From: Nitrospirota bacterium
GTDB lineage: Bacteria; Nitrospirota; UBA9217
Length of the DNA stretch: 64,000 nt
Direction: 5' to 3'
Assembly (NCBI GenBank): GCA_963737155.1
Contig: CAVTRN010000002.1
Span: 1,312,001 to 1,376,000 of the forward strand
The translations under genes and the position numbers were made by a program. The notes beneath the pieces were generated by a model. That model did no database searches. It saw nothing but the letters and a program-made list of their open reading frames with translations, and was not told the DNA's origin. Shown here piece by piece: positions 59,141-64,000 of this stretch (position 1 is the stretch's first letter; every line of letters starts with the position of its first letter).

Positions 59141-61921
59141 ATGGATTATAAAACAACACTGAATCTGCCAAAAACAGAATTCCCCATGAAGGCGAATCTG
59201 AAAGACCTCGAGCCTCGTCTCATCGAAAAATGGTTGCAGGAAAACATCTACGGCCAGATCCAGCAGCAGGCGGAAGGCAGGCCCACCTATATCCTCCATG
59301 ACGGGCCCCCCTATGCGAACGGCCACATCCATATTGGTCACGCGCTGAACAAGACCCTGAAAGATATCATTGTCAAGTTTAAGACCATGGAAGGGTTCAA
59401 GAGCCCCTACGTGCCGGGCTGGGACTGCCACGGACTTCCGATTGAGCACCAAGTTCTCAAGAACCTTGGCCAGAAGAAAGAAAGGATGAGCCAAAACGAA
59501 ATCCGGAAACTTTGCCGTGAGTATGCCCAGAAATTTATCGACATTCAGCGTAGCGAGTTCAAGCGGCTTGGCGTGTTCGGCGACTGGGACAATCCCTATC
59601 TAACCATGGACTTTGCCTATGAGGCCGCCATCGTACGAGAATTGGGTAAATTTGTCGGAGCCGGGGACGTTTATAAAGGGAAGAAACCTGTATACTGGTG
59701 CGGCTTCGACGAAACAGCCCTCGCAGAGGCGGAGGTCGAATATGCTGATCACGAATCGCCTTCTGTATTCGTGCGATTCGAGCTTCCCGACGCGGCAAAA
59801 GCGCTTCCGTCGCTCAGTGGGAGAAAAGTAGCGATTGTGATCTGGACCACCACACCTTGGACGCTTGTTGCGAACCTGGCTGTTGCGCTCCATCCCGAGT
59901 TCGACTATGCAGCCATCGAACACGAGGGCACGGTGCTTATCTTGGCTGATGGCCTCCTGAAGCAGACAATGGATAAGTTTGGCATCAAGAACTACCAGGT
60001 GATCGAGAAGTTCAAAGGCCGTAAGCTTGAAGGCCTGAAAGCGCGCCATCCTTTTCTTGATCGCGACTCCCTCGTAATCCTCGGTGATCACGTGACTCTT
60101 GAAGCCGGCACAGGAGCCGTGCATACCGCTCCTGGTCATGGTCAGGAAGACTACGAGGCGGGGATCCGTTACGGCCTTGATATCTATGCCCCTGTCGATA
60201 ATAAAGGTCGGTTCACGATGGAAGCCGGCGAGTTCGCGGGTCAGCAGGTGTACAAAGCGAACAAGGGTATCATTGAATTGCTCAAAAGCAGGGGAGCGCT
60301 CGTAGCCGAGGAAAAGATCGTTCACTCCTATCCTCATTGCTGGCGGTGCAAGAATCCAGTGATTTTCCGCGCGACGGAGCAGTGGTTTATCTCAATGCAC
60401 AAAAATGATCTCCTGAAAAAAGCCATCGAAAACATCCACAAGATCGACTGGGTGCCGGTTTGGGGCAAGGAGCGCATTCTCGGCATGATGGAGAACAGGC
60501 CAGACTGGTGCATTTCGCGTCAGAGGGCGTGGGGTGTGCCGATTATCGCCTTCACCTGTAAAGCGTGCAACGAACTCCTCTTGGATCAGCAGGTCATAAA
60601 TCACGTAGCGGACATTGTTGAAAAAGAAGGTGCCGATGCCTGGTTTGAAAGGAGCGCGGCCGAACTGCTTCCGCGGGGGACGGCATGCAAAAAGTGCGGC
60701 CTGGGGAACCTTGCGAAGGAGATGGACATCCTTGACGTGTGGTTCGACTCGGGCGTGAGTCACGCCGCAGTCCTCAAGGAACGAAAAGAACTTTCATGGC
60801 CCGCCGATCTGTATCTCGAAGGCAGCGATCAGCATCGGGGCTGGTTCCAGTCGTCGCTTCTTACGTCAGTGGCAACCACGGGCAGGGCCCCGTATCAAAC
60901 AGTGCTGACGCATGGTTTTACGATGGATGGCTCGGGGAAGAAGATGAGTAAATCGGCGGGCAACATCGTAGCGCCGCAGGAAGTGATAGATAAATTTGGT
61001 GCTGAAGTGCTAAGGCTCTGGGTTTCCTCGGTTGACTATCGGGACGATCAGAAGATATCGCAGGAAATCCTATCTCACCTTGCCGAAGCTTACCGTAGAA
61101 TCAGGAATACTACCCGTTACCTGCTCGGCAATCTTGCGGACTTCGATCTCGCCACAGGCCGTGTCGCCGACAAGGACCTTCTTGAGATCGACCGCTGGGC
61201 GCTGCATCGTCTGCAGAAACTGGTCCAGCGCGTGCGGAAAGCGTATGATGATTTCGAGTTCCACGTCGTTTTTCATTCCATCCATAATTTCTGCGCGGTT
61301 GACATGAGTGCCTTTTATCTCGATATTTTGAAGGACCGGCTCTATACCGCCAGGGCCGAATCCATCGAACGGAGGTCAGGGCAGACCGCCCTGCACGCGA
61401 TTCTTTCTGCTATGGTGCGCCTCATGGCACCGGTGCTCTCCTTCACTGCGGACGAAGTCTGGTGCTACGTGAAAGATGGATCGCCTGCAAAGAGCGTATT
61501 TCTGCAATCCTTTCCGCAGGTCGAGGATAAATATATCGATAATGAACTGGAAACGCGGTGGGAACGGATCATCGCCATCCGCAGCGAAACCGCAAAAGTT
61601 CTTGAAGCACTTCGTCGTGCCAAGAAAATCGGCCATTCTCTGGATGCCGCGGTCAAAATCTATGCAGAGGTGCAACTTTTAGACTTCCTGCAGAGGTACA
61701 AAAACGATCTCGCATTCATCTTCATTGTTTCATCAGTAGAAATTGCAAAAGAAACCAACGCGCCGCCTGATGCCTACACAAGCGATGTTGTCAAAGGGCT
61801 CAAAATTGCGGCCACTCCGGCAGGAGGCGAGAAATGCTCCCGTTGCTGGATGTACAGCGAGACTGTAGGCCAGGTGAAGGACCATCCCGGGATCTGCGCC
61901 AGGTGTGGGTCGAATTTGTAG
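59141..61921 (+). CDS. ileS: Isoleucine-tRNA ligase
   Basis: HDGPPYANGHIHIGH, GWDCHGLPIE, WTTTPWT, EGSDQHRGWF, KMSKS, C-terminal Zn finger. Confidence 0.98.
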   Translation: MDYKTTLNLPKTEFPMKANLKDLEPRLIEKWLQENIYGQIQQQAEGRPTYILHDGPPYANGHIHIGHALNKTLKDIIVKFKTMEGFKSPYVPGWDCHGLPIEHQVLKNLGQKKERMSQNEIRKLCREYAQKFIDIQRSEFKRLGVFGDWDNPYLTMDFAYEAAIVRELGKFVGAGDVYKGKKPVYWCGFDETALAEAEVEYADHESPSVFVRFELPDAAKALPSLSGRKVAIVIWTTTPWTLVANLAVALHPEFDYAAIEHEGTVLILADGLLKQTMDKFGIKNYQVIEKFKGRKLEGLKARHPFLDRDSLVILGDHVTLEAGTGAVHTAPGHGQEDYEAGIRYGLDIYAPVDNKGRFTMEAGEFAGQQVYKANKGIIELLKSRGALVAEEKIVHSYPHCWRCKNPVIFRATEQWFISMHKNDLLKKAIENIHKIDWVPVWGKERILGMMENRPDWCISRQRAWGVPIIAFTCKACNELLLDQQVINHVADIVEKEGADAWFERSAAELLPRGTACKKCGLGNLAKEMDILDVWFDSGVSHAAVLKERKELSWPADLYLEGSDQHRGWFQSSLLTSVATTGRAPYQTVLTHGFTMDGSGKKMSKSAGNIVAPQEVIDKFGAEVLRLWVSSVDYRDDQKISQEILSHLAEAYRRIRNTTRYLLGNLADFDLATGRVADKDLLEIDRWALHRLQKLVQRVRKAYDDFEFHVVFHSIHNFCAVDMSAFYLDILKDRLYTARAESIERRSGQTALHAILSAMVRLMAPVLSFTADEVWCYVKDGSPAKSVFLQSFPQVEDKYIDNELETRWERIIAIRSETAKVLEALRRAKKIGHSLDAAVKIYAEVQLLDFLQRYKNDLAFIFIVSSVEIAKETNAPPDAYTSDVVKGLKIAATPAGGEKCSRCWMYSETVGQVKDHPGICARCGSNL

Positions 61922-62018
61922 CGCATGCGGCACCGTCCCTCTCCGGAACATCTTCGCTTGGGTGAATCGCGGGGTATTTTCAGCTAGAGAAATTGTACTT
62001 TTTCAACTTAGGAGAAGG

Positions 62019-62522
62019 ATGAAAAACAAATATCGCTGGGTCGGCTCCATTATCGGCATAATACTGCTGCTAGACCAGGCCACAAAGTATTTAATTGAAA
62101 AGCATGTCCGCCTGTTCGAGGTTATTCCCGTCATCCCGGACTTTTTCAATATCACCCATGTGATGAATAAAGGTGCTGCATTCAGTCTGTTTGCGAGCGC
62201 TCCCGAGTTATTTCGGAGCTTTTTTTTCACCACGGTGACCACCGCGGCTGTTGTGGTGATCGTCCTCTTGATCCGGAAAACCAACGAGCGTCTGCTGGTA
62301 GTGGCCTTTTCACTCATTGCCGGTGGTGCGGTCGGAAACCTCATCGATCGTGTGCGCTACGGCGAGGTCGTGGACTTCATTCAGTGGTACGTTAAGTCCT
62401 ACTACTGGCCGTCTTTCAACGTGGCGGATTCGGCAATTACATTGGGCGTCTGCCTGCTTGCGTTTGATATGCTGCTTCAGAAACCTGCTAATAGCGGGAG
62501 CAATCGGCCCACGAAGCGGTAA
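62019..62522 (+). CDS. lspA: Lipoprotein signal peptidase II
   Basis: DQATK, NKGAAFS, GNLIDR..VVDFI, FNVADSAI; AGGAG RBS. Confidence 0.96.
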   Translation: MKNKYRWVGSIIGIILLLDQATKYLIEKHVRLFEVIPVIPDFFNITHVMNKGAAFSLFASAPELFRSFFFTTVTTAAVVVIVLLIRKTNERLLVVAFSLIAGGAVGNLIDRVRYGEVVDFIQWYVKSYYWPSFNVADSAITLGVCLLAFDMLLQKPANSGSNRPTKR

Positions 62523-62729
62523 ACAGAGCTCTATAATTTGAGCTGCACTTTATCGATGTGTTTCTCCTGCTGTTCAAAGCGGCTAAGGAATATTATGTGT
62601 CCCATCTGGCTTGAAATACCTCGGCTAGAATTTTCAGGGAGGGTCATCGGCGCTCTCCCTATCAGACTTTATCATCGGGTTTTATCACGATGCAAGACCT
62701 CATAGGTTGTTTCCTTGATTTCTAGTGCC

Positions 62730-63671
62730 ATGGTGCTCATTGTTGTAACGGAAAAACACGTAGGCAAGCGTTTGGACATCTTTATTGCCCACTACGAGCC
62801 TCATATCTCGCGTAATCGTATTCAGGTGATGATCAAAGGTGGCTTCGCTCTCGTCAACGGGAAACCGGTAAAGACCGGATATAAAGTAAAACTCGGTGAA
62901 CAGGTTACGTTGGACATGCCTGAGAGGCCAGTCCGCAAGGTGTTACCGGAAGCCATCCCTTTAAATGTTATCTATGAGGACTCCGATATTGTCGTACTGA
63001 ACAAACCACCAGGGCTTGTCGTTCACCCCGCTCCGGGAAATTATAACGGTACTCTGGTGAACGGCCTCTTGTATCATTACGGGAGCCTGCCGTCATCGGG
63101 GCCGGGAATGCAAGGAAACGAGCGTGAGCGTGCTGGTATCGTTCACCGTCTGGACAAGGACACGTCGGGGGTAATAGTTGTGGCGAGAACCGACAAAGCA
63201 CTCCGTTCTCTTTCAGGGCAGTTCAAGAACCGAGTTGTCAAGAAAAAATACATCGCTCTAGTTGCAGGAGTAATTAAAAAAGGCTCGGGCACTATTGAAG
63301 CAAGCCTCGGCAGGCATGTAAAAGAGCGTAAAAAGATCAGCATCCATACGCACAGTCCGCGGGAGGCTGTCACGAGTTTTGTCGTGAAAGAACGGTATAG
63401 GAACGCGACGCTCGTCGAGATCGAGATCAAGACGGGGAGGACTCACCAAATACGGGTTCATATGGCTCATATTGGGCACCCTGTGCTCGGCGACCGGGTT
63501 TATGGAGGGAGCAAAGCAACAAATTCCGGGGAAGGTGGGATTGCGCGCCAGATGCTCCATGCGGAATCACTTTCACTCCTTCATCCTGAAACAGGGCATC
63601 CCATGACTTTCAGCGTTCCGCCGCCTCGGGACATGATGGATGTCATCGAAAAAAACAGGATAATCAAATAA
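62730..63671 (+). CDS. rluD: RluA/RluD-family pseudouridine synthase
   Basis: S4 domain, NKPPGLVVHP, HRLDKDTSG, TGRTHQIRVH, LHA. Confidence 0.9.
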   Translation: MVLIVVTEKHVGKRLDIFIAHYEPHISRNRIQVMIKGGFALVNGKPVKTGYKVKLGEQVTLDMPERPVRKVLPEAIPLNVIYEDSDIVVLNKPPGLVVHPAPGNYNGTLVNGLLYHYGSLPSSGPGMQGNERERAGIVHRLDKDTSGVIVVARTDKALRSLSGQFKNRVVKKKYIALVAGVIKKGSGTIEASLGRHVKERKKISIHTHSPREAVTSFVVKERYRNATLVEIEIKTGRTHQIRVHMAHIGHPVLGDRVYGGSKATNSGEGGIARQMLHAESLSLLHPETGHPMTFSVPPPRDMMDVIEKNRIIK

Positions 63672-64000
63672 AAAAAGTCTTATAAAAAGTCGCGATTTAT
63701 GTTTTTGACGTTGTTTCCGTTTATCCGGAATGGTTTCTTGTCAGCATGGCATTCGGCAGCATATTTCCGGACAGGCAGGAACGTTAACTTTTTTCAAACG
63801 AATCAAATAAGGATTTTAACCGTTATCCCGGTGGTATATCCTGCGTGCTCTCATCATGCTCTCGCATTCGACAATGGCCTGGGCAGCCCTGCTATCGAAT
63901 TTCTGACTGAAAAGTATGATTTTGGGAAAGTAACCCAAGGGGTGTAGCTGGAGTATCAGTTTGAACACCGGTCCGCGCATTCCCCCTGCTAGGCGCGAAG

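Noticed and set aside
63699-63947. 82-aa plus-strand ORF after rluD
   Set aside because: No motifs or RBS; composition looks intergenic.
63939-64000. GGGGTGTAGCT resembling a tRNA 5' end
   Set aside because: No D-loop GG, T-loop TTCG or cloverleaf in the available sequence; truncated by the window end.

Overview
A roughly 50-55% GC (by eye) bacterial chromosomal segment, mostly housekeeping genes: glmU-glmS, aspS, tsaD, a DAHP synthase, glgC, pilMNOPQ, rpsU, der, leuS-lptE-holA, rpsT, murJ, guaB, PBP1A, ileS-lspA and rluD. The gene content suggests a diderm anaerobe or facultative anaerobe of Nitrospirota/Desulfobacterota type (inference only). Four things stand out. (1) A single 2636-aa ORF (7180-15090, minus strand) fuses FixC, FixX, a degenerate acyl-CoA dehydrogenase, an intact acyl-CoA dehydrogenase, ETF-beta and ETF-alpha, so the whole acyl-CoA-to-quinone electron path appears to be in one polypeptide. 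(2) A small dual-CXXC ORF missed by the ORF track (6901-7077) has an in-frame TGA followed by a SECIS-like hairpin, a probable selenoprotein. (3) A NuoE/NuoF/NuoF-C-terminal-like/NuoG-like (HydABC/Bfu-type) cluster lacks its own catalytic centre and is followed by a stand-alone Ni-CO dehydrogenase, a candidate NAD-linked, possibly bifurcating CODH. (4) IS200/IS605 elements occur in three states: an intact tnpA IS, a non-autonomous palindromic mini-element with the same hairpin core, and a decayed tnpB with a retained right end. All calls come from reading motifs by eye; no database searches were run.
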